This document shows, in pieces, positions 34,911 to 45,468 of a stretch of DNA of 64,000 nucleotides (its first letter is position 1; each line of letters starts with the position of its first letter). This stretch comes from Chthoniobacterales bacterium. GTDB taxonomy: Bacteria > Verrucomicrobiota > Verrucomicrobiia > Chthoniobacterales > JACTMZ01. The position numbers and the translations under genes are program-made. The DNA is taken from positions 263 to 64,262 of the forward strand of contig JAJTYZ010000114.1 in NCBI GenBank assembly GCA_021463515.1, given 5' to 3'. Below the pieces are notes generated by a model. It saw nothing but the letters and a program-made list of their open reading frames with translations, was not told where the DNA came from and made no database searches.

Positions 34911-36845
34911 ATGAAGGCACTCAGCGCGGTTGTGTTTCTTGGGTTGCTGACCCGTCTTTCGGCGATGGACTATTATGTTTCGCCCACGGGAAATGACGCT
35001 AGGGCCGGAACTGCTGCGGAACCGTGGGCAACCTTCAGCCATGCGCTTGGGAAAATTCAAGCGGGCGACACACTCCATCTTCTGACTGGCATTTATAGTC
35101 AGCGTCTCCAGGCCAATGGACTTGCCGGCACAGAGGCCAACCCCATCGTGATTCGCGGAGAGTCCGGAGCCATCATTGACGGAAGTTCCTTATCCGTTCC
35201 CGCCGGAGGACGGGCGGGATTGGTGGTACTCAACAACTGCTCACACCTCAAATTGGAGAATCTCGAAATTCGTAACTGGGCAACCGCAAACGCCACCCGC
35301 ATCCCCGTAGGCATTCAAGTGGAAGGCAGCGGCACTGGCGTTGCGTTGCAAAACTGTCACGTACACCACATCCACCAAAACAGCACCTCTCAAGCGGCCA
35401 ATGGATTTGGCATCGCCGTTTACGGAACACAACCGAACCCCATTGATGCTTTCGTAATTGCAAATTGCGAAATACATGACCTGCGTACGGGCCAAAGTGA
35501 ATCCGTAGTTCTCAATGGCAATGTAACTAATTTCCTCATCCAAGAAAATCATGTCCATCACGGCAATAATATCGGTATTGACCTCATTGGCTACGAAGGT
35601 ACCGCCCCTGTCGCTGTGGATCGTGCGCGACAAGGTATTGTCACGGGCAATCGCGTGCACGATATAGATTCTTCCTTTAATCCCGGCTATGACGGCAATT
35701 TTCAAAATGGTGGCGGCGATGCTTCGGCAGCGGGAATCTATGTGGATGGCGGAGCGGATATTGTCATCGAACGCAATGAAGTTACGCGGTGCAATTTCGG
35801 CATCGAGCTTGCAAGCGAACATGCCGGTTACGCCACGGAGCGGATTGTGGTGAGAAATAATTTACTCCACCGCAATCAGGGCGCCGGACTTATTCTCGGC
35901 GGGTATGATGCCCAACGTGGCATGACCAGGAACTGCGTGATTCGCCACAATACGCTTGTGCTTAATGATACCAACGAAACATGGGGCGGTCAGATTGCCC
36001 TCCAATTTTTCCTCGAAAACAATGAGTTCAAAAACAACATCCTTTGTGCCGCCCCCACGACACGGCAAGCAGTGGTGCATTATGTGACGGGAGGAACTGC
36101 GGAGCAGCGGGCTTTTAGTCATAGCAATATCTTCGATGACAATATGTATTTCATCGAAGGATCCACGGAAGCGCAATTGGAGTTTGTGCTCAACAAAACC
36201 GGCAGTGGGAATAAGACTTACACAGGCTTAACGGCATGGCGAGGTGCCGTTGGTAGCGACATCCATTCGCTCTTTGCATCCCCGGGCTTTGCTGGCGGTG
36301 CCCCCAGTGATTGCCATTCGCCAACGGACTTTGAAATAACTGCCGATTCTGCCGCTCGTGATCGAGGAGATTCCTCGGCAAACTTTGTGCCTGCCGCCGG
36401 CGAACGGGATTTCGCCGGGCAAACACGCGTTGTTGGCCCCCGTGTGGACATTGGTGGCGACGAATATCTGGCCCCGCGCCAGGCGTGGCGGGATATTTAT
36501 TTTGCACTTCCGCACGGTGACACACCCGCAGGCGATGAAGAGGACCCGGATCATGATGGCGTCATCAATTTTTTAGAATACGCCCAAGGGCTCCATCCGC
36601 TCCTTGCAGAAACTCAAGGGTTACCAAACATCACTCTTAGCGAAAGCACCTTGAGTTTTCGTTACCAAGAGGCAGTGCCTGAACTCGCCTACCAAGTGGA
36701 AACCTCACCCAACCTGCAAAGTTGGTTTCCCGTCGTTGCATCTCCCATTCACGAAAGTGTGCTTGGGCGACTTTATGAGTTTCCACGGCCCGAGGAAGGG
36801 GCTCTTTTCATTCGCCTACGGATTCATGAATCCGCCATGCCGTAA
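34911..36845 (+). CDS. Secreted right-handed parallel beta-helix protein (pectate-lyase fold)
   Basis: Trimmed to MKALSAVVFLGLLTRLSA|MDYYVSPTGNDARAGTAAEPWATF (signal peptide plus the typical beta-helix N-cap). Repeated NNxIHH/GIxL turns. The C-terminal acidic DEEDPDHDGVINFLEYA is Ca-binding-like. Confidence 0.8.
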   Translation: MKALSAVVFLGLLTRLSAMDYYVSPTGNDARAGTAAEPWATFSHALGKIQAGDTLHLLTGIYSQRLQANGLAGTEANPIVIRGESGAIIDGSSLSVPAGGRAGLVVLNNCSHLKLENLEIRNWATANATRIPVGIQVEGSGTGVALQNCHVHHIHQNSTSQAANGFGIAVYGTQPNPIDAFVIANCEIHDLRTGQSESVVLNGNVTNFLIQENHVHHGNNIGIDLIGYEGTAPVAVDRARQGIVTGNRVHDIDSSFNPGYDGNFQNGGGDASAAGIYVDGGADIVIERNEVTRCNFGIELASEHAGYATERIVVRNNLLHRNQGAGLILGGYDAQRGMTRNCVIRHNTLVLNDTNETWGGQIALQFFLENNEFKNNILCAAPTTRQAVVHYVTGGTAEQRAFSHSNIFDDNMYFIEGSTEAQLEFVLNKTGSGNKTYTGLTAWRGAVGSDIHSLFASPGFAGGAPSDCHSPTDFEITADSAARDRGDSSANFVPAAGERDFAGQTRVVGPRVDIGGDEYLAPRQAWRDIYFALPHGDTPAGDEEDPDHDGVINFLEYAQGLHPLLAETQGLPNITLSESTLSFRYQEAVPELAYQVETSPNLQSWFPVVASPIHESVLGRLYEFPRPEEGALFIRLRIHESAMP

Positions 36846-36883
36846 CGGCCCTCAACCCGCATAAACAGTGGCTTTACACAGGG

Positions 36884-37969
36884 TTAAGCAGGTGGCATTT
36901 CCGCGTATTTTACTTCAAGCACCTCTTGCTCGCGAAGATATTGCTCAGCGGCTCCCCAATCAAACTCCTCACGTCCTACCTTCGCGCTGCTGCGATAACC
37001 CTCGGATCGGCGCAGCTCGAAGCTTTTTTCAAAATTAAACATCCCGCGCTTCCAACCCGTTTCCAGCTCCTGATCGAGCTTTTTAAAATCGCCGCGTCGA
37101 ATGATATTTACCACGCCATCATATTGCAGGAGGACTTCGTGAACGGGGAAACGCTTAGATTGACTTTCATCAAGGAGCAGGCGTTGACACATGATGAGTT
37201 TTACAGAATCGGCAAGACTGGCTTGCGAACTTTCAAGGCGCTCACTTGGAATGAGCTTGAGGAAGCGTTGAACCGTTTGCGCCGCAGAAGATGTGTGCAA
37301 GGTCGCCACAACGACATGGCCGGTTTCCGAAGCTTGCAGAGCAATTTCGGCGGTTTCACCATCACGAATTTCACCTACGATGATAACATCTGGTGCCTGA
37401 CGCAGTGCCGATCGCAAGGCCATTCCAAAGTCTGTCTCGTCGGTGCCCATTTCACGTTGGGAAATGAGCGAGGGAAGGTTTTCGGGATAGACAAATTCAA
37501 TCGGGTCCTCAAACGAAATCACATGTTCGCGGCGGCGGCGGGCGCGGTGTAACACCATCGAAGCAATCGTCGTGGATTTACCACTGCCCGTTGGACCGCA
37601 GATGAGAAAAAGCCCATTTTTTGCCTCAAGAAAAGTTTGAAGCGCAGGCACGGGAACACGCACAGCTTCCGGTTCCGGAATTTGATCGGGCAACAAGCGC
37701 ATAACCCAACGCAACTTTCCCTTAGTCACCAACTGACTCACGCGATAGCGGCGTCCGTGAAGATCCATCGCACTATCAAGACATCCGGGTTCAACATGCT
37801 CGGGAACCTGAATTTCAAAAACCGTGTCCTCGTAAATCAATTGCCCATTGCGTTTGTAACTCATGGGTTCATTTGCCGTGAGGTAAAAATCGCTGATGCG
37901 GCTATCCTGGCTTAATTCTTTGAAACGTAAGCCAACCGGAGAATCAGGCGAGAGGGTTAGGTAATTCAT
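36884..37969 (-). CDS. PilT-family retraction-type secretion ATPase
   Basis: LICGPTGSGKSTT (Walker A), FEDPIEFVY, IIVGEIRDGETAEIALQASETGHVVVATLHTSSA. It has a C-terminal extension of about 40 aa compared with canonical PilT. Confidence 0.8.
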   Translation of the reverse strand: MNYLTLSPDSPVGLRFKELSQDSRISDFYLTANEPMSYKRNGQLIYEDTVFEIQVPEHVEPGCLDSAMDLHGRRYRVSQLVTKGKLRWVMRLLPDQIPEPEAVRVPVPALQTFLEAKNGLFLICGPTGSGKSTTIASMVLHRARRRREHVISFEDPIEFVYPENLPSLISQREMGTDETDFGMALRSALRQAPDVIIVGEIRDGETAEIALQASETGHVVVATLHTSSAAQTVQRFLKLIPSERLESSQASLADSVKLIMCQRLLLDESQSKRFPVHEVLLQYDGVVNIIRRGDFKKLDQELETGWKRGMFNFEKSFELRRSEGYRSSAKVGREEFDWGAAEQYLREQEVLEVKYAEMPPA

Positions 37970-38034
37970 GCTTGGATTCGGATACTATCGGTATCGTACT
38001 TGCTTGCGCGAGAAAGTTTGAGCATCACTCGTAG

Positions 38035-38298
38035 ATGAGAAATCGCCATGCCTGGACCGAACGTGATGTAAACGGCGTCAAACGAGAAATCGTCGCCACC
38101 AAGGAACGCGGACGTTGGAGTCTGCGGTTTAAGGTAGCCGGGGAAGAATACTGGACATCCATTGACCCCATCGAACGCGATCTCCTGACAACACTTCGCG
38201 ACATTCTCTACCGCAAATACCAACGACGCCGCGCCTCCTACGAGGATGTACAAATGGCCGATCGGATGTTGGGGGAATTGGGGGCGCGCTCTGAATGA
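38035..38298 (+). CDS. Small hypothetical basic protein (87 aa)
   Basis: ATG-initiated ORF in an otherwise empty 490-bp gap. No recognisable motif; coding status unverified. Confidence 0.3.
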   Translation: MRNRHAWTERDVNGVKREIVATKERGRWSLRFKVAGEEYWTSIDPIERDLLTTLRDILYRKYQRRRASYEDVQMADRMLGELGARSE

Positions 38299-38458
38299 AT
38301 TTTATTGGGAAACGAGTTGGAAAACTCGTTCTACGCTTTTGTCTCCGCGTCCTATTTCTTAGGGCATCCCATGCATTCACGCCACGTTGGAGAACTCGGG
38401 CAACAATCAGATTTTTCATTGAAATGGGACTCTTGCCCTCCGTAGTCTCCCCGCACTT

Positions 38459-39190
38459 ATGGGACGCCAATGGTTGCTGGCAAAACGCGAGGTCGCCTCG
38501 CTTAAAAAATCACAAGCGACGACAAAGTTTGTTCGAGAAATTACCATCGCTGCGCGACAAGGTGGTGCAGACGCCTCGACAAATTCACGTCTTGCTGCCG
38601 CTTTAGAAAAAGCACGCAAGGAAAGCGTGCCGAAAGATGCGATTGAACGCGCTATTGCCAAGGGAGCGGGTCATGGCGGCGATAAAATTTCTCTCGAACA
38701 CATCACCTTCGAGGGTTACACTCCGCACAAAGTGCCGGTGATTGTGGAAGTTTTTACGGATAACAACAACCGAACTGCTCCAGAAATTCGTGTACTTTTC
38801 AAAAAGGGGCAACTCGGTGCCTCGGGAAGCAATAAGTTTCTTTTCGATCATGTTGGCCTCGTTGAAGCCTACCGAACCAACGATGGAGCAGACATTGAAG
38901 AAGCCGCCATTGAAGCCGGTGCCAATGAAGTGGAACCTCTCACCCACGCGCAAAATGATGACATTCCTGAGGGCACTTATGGGGCGCGGTTTATCACAGA
39001 GTGCTCGCATACGCACGAAGTCGCACGTTGGCTTGCAGACCATGGATGGACGGTTGTGACGAGCGAGTTAGGTTATACGCCAAAGAACTTTCCCCGCTTA
39101 ACTCAAGAGCAACGTGCCGAAGGGGGAGCCTTTCTCCAGGCTCTCGATGATCACGATGATGTCCACCGAATTTGGGCTGCCGTACAATAA
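38459..39190 (+). CDS. yebC: YebC/PmpR-family transcriptional regulator
   Basis: TKFVREITIAARQGGADASTNSRLAAALEKARKESVPKDAIERAI, with length and overall pattern typical of YebC. Confidence 0.9.
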   Translation: MGRQWLLAKREVASLKKSQATTKFVREITIAARQGGADASTNSRLAAALEKARKESVPKDAIERAIAKGAGHGGDKISLEHITFEGYTPHKVPVIVEVFTDNNNRTAPEIRVLFKKGQLGASGSNKFLFDHVGLVEAYRTNDGADIEEAAIEAGANEVEPLTHAQNDDIPEGTYGARFITECSHTHEVARWLADHGWTVVTSELGYTPKNFPRLTQEQRAEGGAFLQALDDHDDVHRIWAAVQ

Positions 39191-39259
39191 CGAAAACTTG
39201 CGGCATCTCCGTTTTTTCCTGCTTTGCAAGCGACAGGCAGACTAATCTGACTTTCTATT

Positions 39260-41488
39260 ATGGCGAGCGACTTACAAACCTTATACTCCGCCCTCGTAGC
39301 CAAGGGGCTTTCGCCTGCATTAGACACGCCAGAGAATAGGCAACATCTGCATTCGGCTCTCGCTCTCGCCAATGGGATTCCCGAAGAGCAAGCTCTTGAA
39401 TGGTTGACGCGGCAATTTGATTTATTGCCCATCCGTACCTCGCGCCCTTCCATTTCTTCCCAAGTTGAAACGATCTTCCGTCAATTCGCCGGAGAAGACC
39501 GCGCTGCCGAATCGGAGCCATGGATTCCCATGGGGCTGGTAGGCCCTTTATTGATCTGCGGGCATTACAACCCCGTCGCCACCGACACATGGGGCATTCC
39601 TCGGGCGTACATGATTCCAGCCCTGCTCGACCAAAGACAATACCTCGAATACCTCCAAACACTCGACGAACGTGTGGCCGTTCGTCCCCTAAGTTCCAAG
39701 GCACGGCATGCTGAAATTCCGCGTTTAGATATCGGCAGCACACCCGATACAGCTCTCAAATGGTTGCTTGCGGATTACCCTTTTTCTGATGACGAACGTG
39801 GGCGTTTAACTGGCATTTTAGAAACGATGTCCGGCATTGGGGCGACCCATATCATCGGTGCCAAATCCCTCCCCGCAGGCTTAGGCGCGGCGTTACGTTA
39901 CCTCTGCACCGGCGAAAAAGTTTTCGACGCTTCGCTCGCACCACGGCAATCGGCCTTCCCCGAAATCCTTCTCGAAAAACACAGCGTTTTCCCGCTCTTC
40001 GTCGGCGTTCACACCGTCTATTTACTCAGTAGTCAAAAAGAAATTTTTGCCTTCGAAGATGAATGGCTTTCTTCCCACGAGGATGATCGCGAATTTCGCC
40101 CAGTTCTGGCTGAAAAGGAATTTGTCGTTCGCACCATCAATCGCGATCGCAGCACCGCCGCCGCCACAGGGAGAACGGCACCCATGGGCGATCTTACGGA
40201 ATCGAGCGGCGAAAATATCGTGGATATTGATCCGCAGGAAGCCAGTCGCATCAATCCCACAAGCATCAATACCACCGCCGAGCAGGCACTGCACTGGGTT
40301 CTCAACCGCTCCATTACCGGACGCGCCAGCGATCTGCATATCGAAAAGTATTACAACATGGCCCGCTTTCGTGCGCGAATTGACGGTGAACTTGTCACCC
40401 TTTTTTCCGCTCCGGAAGAAATGCTTCCTCGCTACGTCAGCCTCATCAAAAACTACTCCAACATGGGCCAGGAGCGTCAAGCGGCGCAGGACGGGCGCTT
40501 TTCCTTACGCCTCGGAAAACGCCGCGTGGATTGTCGTGTCTCTGCCATTCCCTGCCGTAAGGATCAGCAAAAAATCACCATTCGTTATCTCGAAAAGGAG
40601 GGCGGTGTTCGCAAATTGAGTGAGCTTCAACTGGCGAAGCGCGACCTCAAGTTACTCCAAACGGCCATGTCCCGCGATCAGGGACTCATTCTCATTACCG
40701 GCCCCACCGGCAGCGGCAAAACCACTACGCTCTATGCCTTGCTCAATAGTGTGAATAGCGAGAATTTAAACATTCAGACCATCGAAGACCCCATCGAATA
40801 CGAAATTGAAGGGCTTAATCAAACGCAGACCGATCCGGTGCATGGCATTGATTTTGCCCAAGGTCTGCGTCGCCTTATGCGTGCCGATCCCGACATCATT
40901 CTCATCGGGGAATGTCGCGATGAAGAAACGGCCACCGCGGCGGTGAACGCGGCACTGACCGGCCACTTAGTTCTCACCACATTGCACGCCAATGACTGTC
41001 TGCGTGCCGTCAGTCGCTTTATTTCCATGGGCGTTCCACCCTATTTACTGGCGGATTCCCTCGCTCTCACCCAAGCACAGCGACTTGTTCGTCGCCTATG
41101 CGGTCATTGCAAACGCATGACCCCTCTCACCTCGGCGCACCGAAAACTTTTTTCTCTCAACATGGTTCCCCTTCTACCGGAAGCCACCCACATTTACGAA
41201 TCGGGCGGCTGCCCCGATTGTCGTGAAACAGGTTATACCGGACGCATTGCATTGATGGAACTTTGCCCCATAGGCAACGAACTTTCCGATCTCATTTCCA
41301 CTAATGCCCCACAAGGCGAAATGCGCAAAATTGCGACGGCGCAGGGATTGCGGACGCTCTATCAAGTAGGGTTGCAGCAAGTGATCGAAGGCAATACCTC
41401 AATGGAGGAAATTAAATGCCTCGCTTACACCGCAATCGCCACCGAAGAGACCGTCGAAGTATCCCAAGAAAGCGAATTTGAAATTTAA
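39260..41488 (+). CDS. GspE/PilB-family assembly ATPase with a long N-terminal region (742 aa)
   Basis: ITGPTGSGKTTTLYA, IQTIEDPIEY, ILIGECRDEETATAAVNAALTGHLVLTTLHAND, and a tetracysteine motif CGHCK...CPDCRETGYTGR. No pilC, pilM-Q or pilin genes lie adjacent. Confidence 0.85.
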   Translation: MASDLQTLYSALVAKGLSPALDTPENRQHLHSALALANGIPEEQALEWLTRQFDLLPIRTSRPSISSQVETIFRQFAGEDRAAESEPWIPMGLVGPLLICGHYNPVATDTWGIPRAYMIPALLDQRQYLEYLQTLDERVAVRPLSSKARHAEIPRLDIGSTPDTALKWLLADYPFSDDERGRLTGILETMSGIGATHIIGAKSLPAGLGAALRYLCTGEKVFDASLAPRQSAFPEILLEKHSVFPLFVGVHTVYLLSSQKEIFAFEDEWLSSHEDDREFRPVLAEKEFVVRTINRDRSTAAATGRTAPMGDLTESSGENIVDIDPQEASRINPTSINTTAEQALHWVLNRSITGRASDLHIEKYYNMARFRARIDGELVTLFSAPEEMLPRYVSLIKNYSNMGQERQAAQDGRFSLRLGKRRVDCRVSAIPCRKDQQKITIRYLEKEGGVRKLSELQLAKRDLKLLQTAMSRDQGLILITGPTGSGKTTTLYALLNSVNSENLNIQTIEDPIEYEIEGLNQTQTDPVHGIDFAQGLRRLMRADPDIILIGECRDEETATAAVNAALTGHLVLTTLHANDCLRAVSRFISMGVPPYLLADSLALTQAQRLVRRLCGHCKRMTPLTSAHRKLFSLNMVPLLPEATHIYESGGCPDCRETGYTGRIALMELCPIGNELSDLISTNAPQGEMRKIATAQGLRTLYQVGLQQVIEGNTSMEEIKCLAYTAIATEETVEVSQESEFEI

Positions 41489-41506
41489 GGCACCCCTATT
41501 CGCCCT

Positions 41507-42727
41507 TTAGGAGCGACGCGCTCCGTCACAAACTTCTCGGTAAAGATTCGCGGTCGTCTGTGCCACCGCCTCCCAGCTAAACACGTGCTCCACACGTCGC
41601 CGAGCGGCCACGGCCATGGCTACACGCCGAGGTTCATCGCGCATCAGATCATTGATGGCGACGGCAAAATCACGCGAAAACTTTTCCGCATCACGCAGCT
41701 CAAACGGAGCTTCTGTCATTTGCTCCACCGGAACCAATAAACCCGTTTCTCCATGCACAACCACCTCGGGAATCCCCCCCACGCGACTGGCGACCACCGG
41801 CGTTTCGCACGCCATCGCTTCGAGGTTGATAATCCCAAAAGGCTCATAAATGGACGGACACACAAAAAGTGCCGCTTGGGAATATAGCGGAATGATTTCC
41901 GCTTTAGGCACCATCTGCTCAATCCAAATCACCCCGGGCCGCTGCGCTTGAGCTGCGGCGACTGCCTCTTGCATTTGCAAGGCAATTTCCGGTGTATCGG
42001 GGGCACCGGCACACAACACAACTTGGAATCCACGATCAAGAAACCGCAGCGCACGCACCAAATGCACAATCCCTTTTTGCCGCGTAATACGCCCCACGAA
42101 GAGAATGTAAGGTCGCGAAGGATCTATGCCATGTTTTCGCAAAACTGCATCGTCATTTTTTTGACGATATTCCTCGAGGTCAATGCCGTTGTGAATCACA
42201 TGCAGGCGCGAAGGCGCGACATTAAAATGATCCAACACATCTTCTCGCGTTGATTCCGACACGGCAATAATTGCATCGGCCATTTCCATTGCCGTTCGTT
42301 CTACCCAAACGGAAAAATCATAGCCGCCTCCCAATTGCTCCCGTTTCCAAGGACGCAAGGGCTCCAAGGAATGGACGGTTAATACGAGCGGAAGCGAATA
42401 ATTTAGCTTCATCAAAATGCCGGCCAAATGCGTGTACCACGTATGAACATGCACCAAATCAACACCGCCCCCCCCTGCCGCTGCAAAAGCCACATCCCGC
42501 TGCAGCGACGTAAAAACTGAATGGAGTGCTTTGGGGCACCCAAACTTTGTGTCATCGAAGCCAAATCCCTGCACCGTAAGGTTCTCTGCCGCCAACTTCT
42601 GATCCCCAAAGCACCGCACTTCTACCTCCATCAAACGTGCCAACTCTCGCGTCAAATAATCCACATGCACCCCTGCCCCTCCATAAATGTGTGGCGGATA
42701 TTCGTTGGTCAGCATCAATGCCTTCAT
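41507..42727 (-). CDS. glgA: Glycogen synthase, GT4 (Corynebacterium-type GlgA)
   Basis: [32 protein letters not shown]...VEVRCFG, plus a C-terminal [12 protein letters not shown] (E-x7-E). Trimmed to the ATG at 42727 (the track start is GTG). Confidence 0.75.
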   Translation of the reverse strand: MKALMLTNEYPPHIYGGAGVHVDYLTRELARLMEVEVRCFGDQKLAAENLTVQGFGFDDTKFGCPKALHSVFTSLQRDVAFAAAGGGGVDLVHVHTWYTHLAGILMKLNYSLPLVLTVHSLEPLRPWKREQLGGGYDFSVWVERTAMEMADAIIAVSESTREDVLDHFNVAPSRLHVIHNGIDLEEYRQKNDDAVLRKHGIDPSRPYILFVGRITRQKGIVHLVRALRFLDRGFQVVLCAGAPDTPEIALQMQEAVAAAQAQRPGVIWIEQMVPKAEIIPLYSQAALFVCPSIYEPFGIINLEAMACETPVVASRVGGIPEVVVHGETGLLVPVEQMTEAPFELRDAEKFSRDFAVAINDLMRDEPRRVAMAVAARRRVEHVFSWEAVAQTTANLYREVCDGARRS

Positions 42728-42841
42728 CCACGTCACCTTATCCGTCACCCGTGTCCTTGAGAAGGTGATTGATGATTATTCCACGCCCCATTTTACACAC
42801 TCGCTTGAAATGTACTTCCAAGTCTCTATGCTCGTTTGTAG

Positions 42842-43075
42842 ATGGAACCGCACTCTGGAGAGGAACTCAAAAAATTAAGGGAGTCCAAGGGAATATCCCT
42901 GCATGATGTTGCTCAAAGTACACGCATGAGTATTTCTATTTTGGAAGCTCTCGAGAATGATCAATCCAGCGACGTTCTCCCTCTCGTTTACCAAAGTATG
43001 GCCAGGAATACTTACGCTCGCTTTTTAGCGGAGGCTTCGGAAAAAAAGTCTGCGTCTAGCGAGGCGTCGAAATAA
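42842..43075 (+). CDS. Short XRE/RodZ-like helix-turn-helix protein (77 aa)
   Basis: GEELKKLRESKGISLHDVAQSTRMSISILEALEND resembles the RodZ N-terminal HTH, but the protein has no TM or C-terminal domain. Confidence 0.55.
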   Translation: MEPHSGEELKKLRESKGISLHDVAQSTRMSISILEALENDQSSDVLPLVYQSMARNTYARFLAEASEKKSASSEASK

Positions 43076-43377
43076 CGTTCCGCCCTCATTTGCACTATCC
43101 CCGAAATGGGCTATGTTGCCTTTGCAACATTTTACGCCATGAATACAAACCCCATCATGGATAAGCTCTATCCCGCAACGTCTCCAAAGTGTCAGGAATT
43201 GCCCGAGATTTTGGATAATTATTGGACCAGCACGTATAGTCGCGATTTCCACACATCCGTACGATGCTGGGCATCCGAGGTTTCCGCTCTGGGCCTTTCC
43301 ACGGCACTCCCATCGGCACAAAAGACAAGCGAGTTTAGCGTGCTTATCATGCGCTCCGTCAAAGCCAACCTACCCAA

Positions 43378-45342
43378 CTAGGTTCTCATCGTGCCTCGCG
43401 CACTGGGCAAAGGCTGCAATGGCGACGCAAGCTCCGTCCAGTCGGACAATCGCACAAGTCCGGGAATGATAAGCGATTTAATATCGCGATCGTTGTAGTA
43501 CTTGGTTTCAAGCAATTGGCACCAAGGCATCATGGGATCAATCCACGTGAGGTGCTTCAGCCGCTCCTCCAATGCGGACGCAAGCGCACCGTAGATTCCA
43601 TAAGGTCCATGCAAGTAACAACGAACATCCTCGCCGTTTAATCCACCCCATTTTTCCAATGTGTCGAGACTTCGGAGAACATCGTAAGTCCGTAATGCGG
43701 CAAGGCTGTCTCCCAAAGTCACGAGATCATCACACACACGAAACATCGTGGCATAATGCGCCTTCAAGTCCTCGGTACAATTAAACGGATGCGGCTCCAA
43801 GGGCCCCATACCGGTCACATTGAACACGAACACCGCACGCCCAGACGCGACTTCCTGCCGAATCCACGCCTCATGACGCAGGAGAGATTTGGTGCCGTCC
43901 TCCCACAAGGCCACAGTCACCGGCCATGGCTTGGCCACCACGGCGGGAGGGCAAAAAAGTATTCCGGAATTGAGGATGCCGGCCTGACTCCACCAAAAAC
44001 CCGAAAAAGCAACGATCTCTCCCAGCACAAACTCCTGCGTAATGCGCAAGTTCAAATCCACAGGTCGCCGCGCCTTAAATACAGCGTCATGCAAAAAAGT
44101 GCGGCCTTTTTTCAAATCCTTACGAGTCGTGGCGAAAGCTTCGCTATTTTCCTCAAAGATGGTTTTGCTTTTCGGATCATCTTTCAAAACCAAGCCGCTC
44201 TTTGTTGACCAAAGTTTATTTTCCGCTAGAGGCGTTCGATCCACAGCGGAGGCGACTGTGTGATGCGCCAAGTGCTTTGCAAAAAAATCTGCCGCAGCCT
44301 CGCCCAAATGATTCGTATATCCATGCCGCGCCCCACGATCCTCGACAGCTTGCAAAGCGGAGGCATCCCCAGACATTTCCCAAAATCGCCACACTTCATC
44401 CAACGTGATTCGTTTACCTTCGATAGGAAAAAAGTCGTACTCCGGACTCAACACACATAGCGGTTTCGGCGCAAAGGAAAGCAATAAATCGGCATGGTCA
44501 TACCCAGCTTCGCTGAATCCACGCCATATTTGCTCAGCATCCTGCGCATAGCCGCTCTCAAAAATCACAAGGCGCGATGAAACAAAGGATGAGGGTGCCG
44601 CCGCCGCCAATCGCGGTTCCAGCAGCATCATCAAGCACGTTTGCGTTCCTCCCCCTGAATTTCCCGTGAGCCCGATACGCGACGCATCCACGAGGGGATG
44701 CGCCGAAAGAAAATCTATCGCGCGCATCGCATCATGCAGCATGTAGCGCGAAAGATTGTGCCCCTGCAAAAGGCATTGAAACCCACCGTACTCATGATCA
44801 CCCGTGGAGGAAATGATCACCGGATTCCCTGTCGCAGGATCATAATAATTTAAGCGCTCCCCCTGCCCCGTCGGGTCCAGTGCTAGGACAATGAATCCAC
44901 GTGAAGCCAAAATGCGACACACCGTCTGATATCGCGGCTCCGCCTTTCCCAATGTCGTATGGCCGCACAAAAACAAAATAGCCGGCGTGTTGGGAACCGT
45001 GCCATCGGGCAAATACAAATTCGCCGTCGCTTTCACACCCGGTCGTGTTTCCAACATCAAATTCTGAATCGTCAATCCCACCTCCTCTATTTCACCACAA
45101 AGCTTCACCGCAGGTACTCCCTCCACCCTAGGAAGGCCGCCGAGATGATCCAAAAAATAACGTCGAAGCTCTAGAACATACGCGGACACATTTTGCGCAT
45201 CTCGCAGCGCGTCTCGTTGCGCCTTCCGTGCAGATTGAGCATCCTGAATACGCTTTTTAAGATGCTCCCAAAGTTGAACCTTGGCGTTGTAGTAAGTGAG
45301 ACGTTGGTCAATAGACGAAAAATTCATAACAACACTCCGCAT
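43378..45342 (-). CDS. Alpha/beta hydrolase (acetyl-esterase / peptidase S9-like fold)
   Basis: Nucleophile elbow GLTGNSGGG, with the upstream LFLCGHT...ALDPTGQGER pattern. 654 aa, with an extra C-terminal domain. Confidence 0.6.
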   Translation of the reverse strand: MRSVVMNFSSIDQRLTYYNAKVQLWEHLKKRIQDAQSARKAQRDALRDAQNVSAYVLELRRYFLDHLGGLPRVEGVPAVKLCGEIEEVGLTIQNLMLETRPGVKATANLYLPDGTVPNTPAILFLCGHTTLGKAEPRYQTVCRILASRGFIVLALDPTGQGERLNYYDPATGNPVIISSTGDHEYGGFQCLLQGHNLSRYMLHDAMRAIDFLSAHPLVDASRIGLTGNSGGGTQTCLMMLLEPRLAAAAPSSFVSSRLVIFESGYAQDAEQIWRGFSEAGYDHADLLLSFAPKPLCVLSPEYDFFPIEGKRITLDEVWRFWEMSGDASALQAVEDRGARHGYTNHLGEAAADFFAKHLAHHTVASAVDRTPLAENKLWSTKSGLVLKDDPKSKTIFEENSEAFATTRKDLKKGRTFLHDAVFKARRPVDLNLRITQEFVLGEIVAFSGFWWSQAGILNSGILFCPPAVVAKPWPVTVALWEDGTKSLLRHEAWIRQEVASGRAVFVFNVTGMGPLEPHPFNCTEDLKAHYATMFRVCDDLVTLGDSLAALRTYDVLRSLDTLEKWGGLNGEDVRCYLHGPYGIYGALASALEERLKHLTWIDPMMPWCQLLETKYYNDRDIKSLIIPGLVRLSDWTELASPLQPLPSARGTMRT

Positions 45343-45437
45343 TTCCGCATTTCAAAATCATTCATCCTCTTGCTCCATTTTACCAGTAAATGCGCGACAA
45401 CCAAATGGAATCTTAAACCTTCCATTTGACATCACGG

Positions 45438-45465
45438 TAGTGACGAATTACATTTTTCGTCACTA
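45438..45465. promoter_or_regulatory. Perfect 10-bp inverted repeat; candidate TetR operator
   Basis: TAGTGACGAA-ttacattt-TTCGTCACTA. It ends 3 nt before the TetR ATG (45469). Confidence 0.6.
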
Positions 45466-45468
45466 TTC

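Noticed and set aside
39191-39259. A possible terminator after yebC (cgaaaac...gttttttc).
   Set aside because: Only an A/U-rich imperfect stem can be drawn, which is too weak to call.
43106-43381. A 91-aa ORF between the short HTH gene and the hydrolase gene.
   Set aside because: It has no recognisable motif or ribosome-binding site, and its end overlaps the convergent hydrolase stop. It could be a remnant of a longer RodZ-like gene, but I cannot support it as a CDS.
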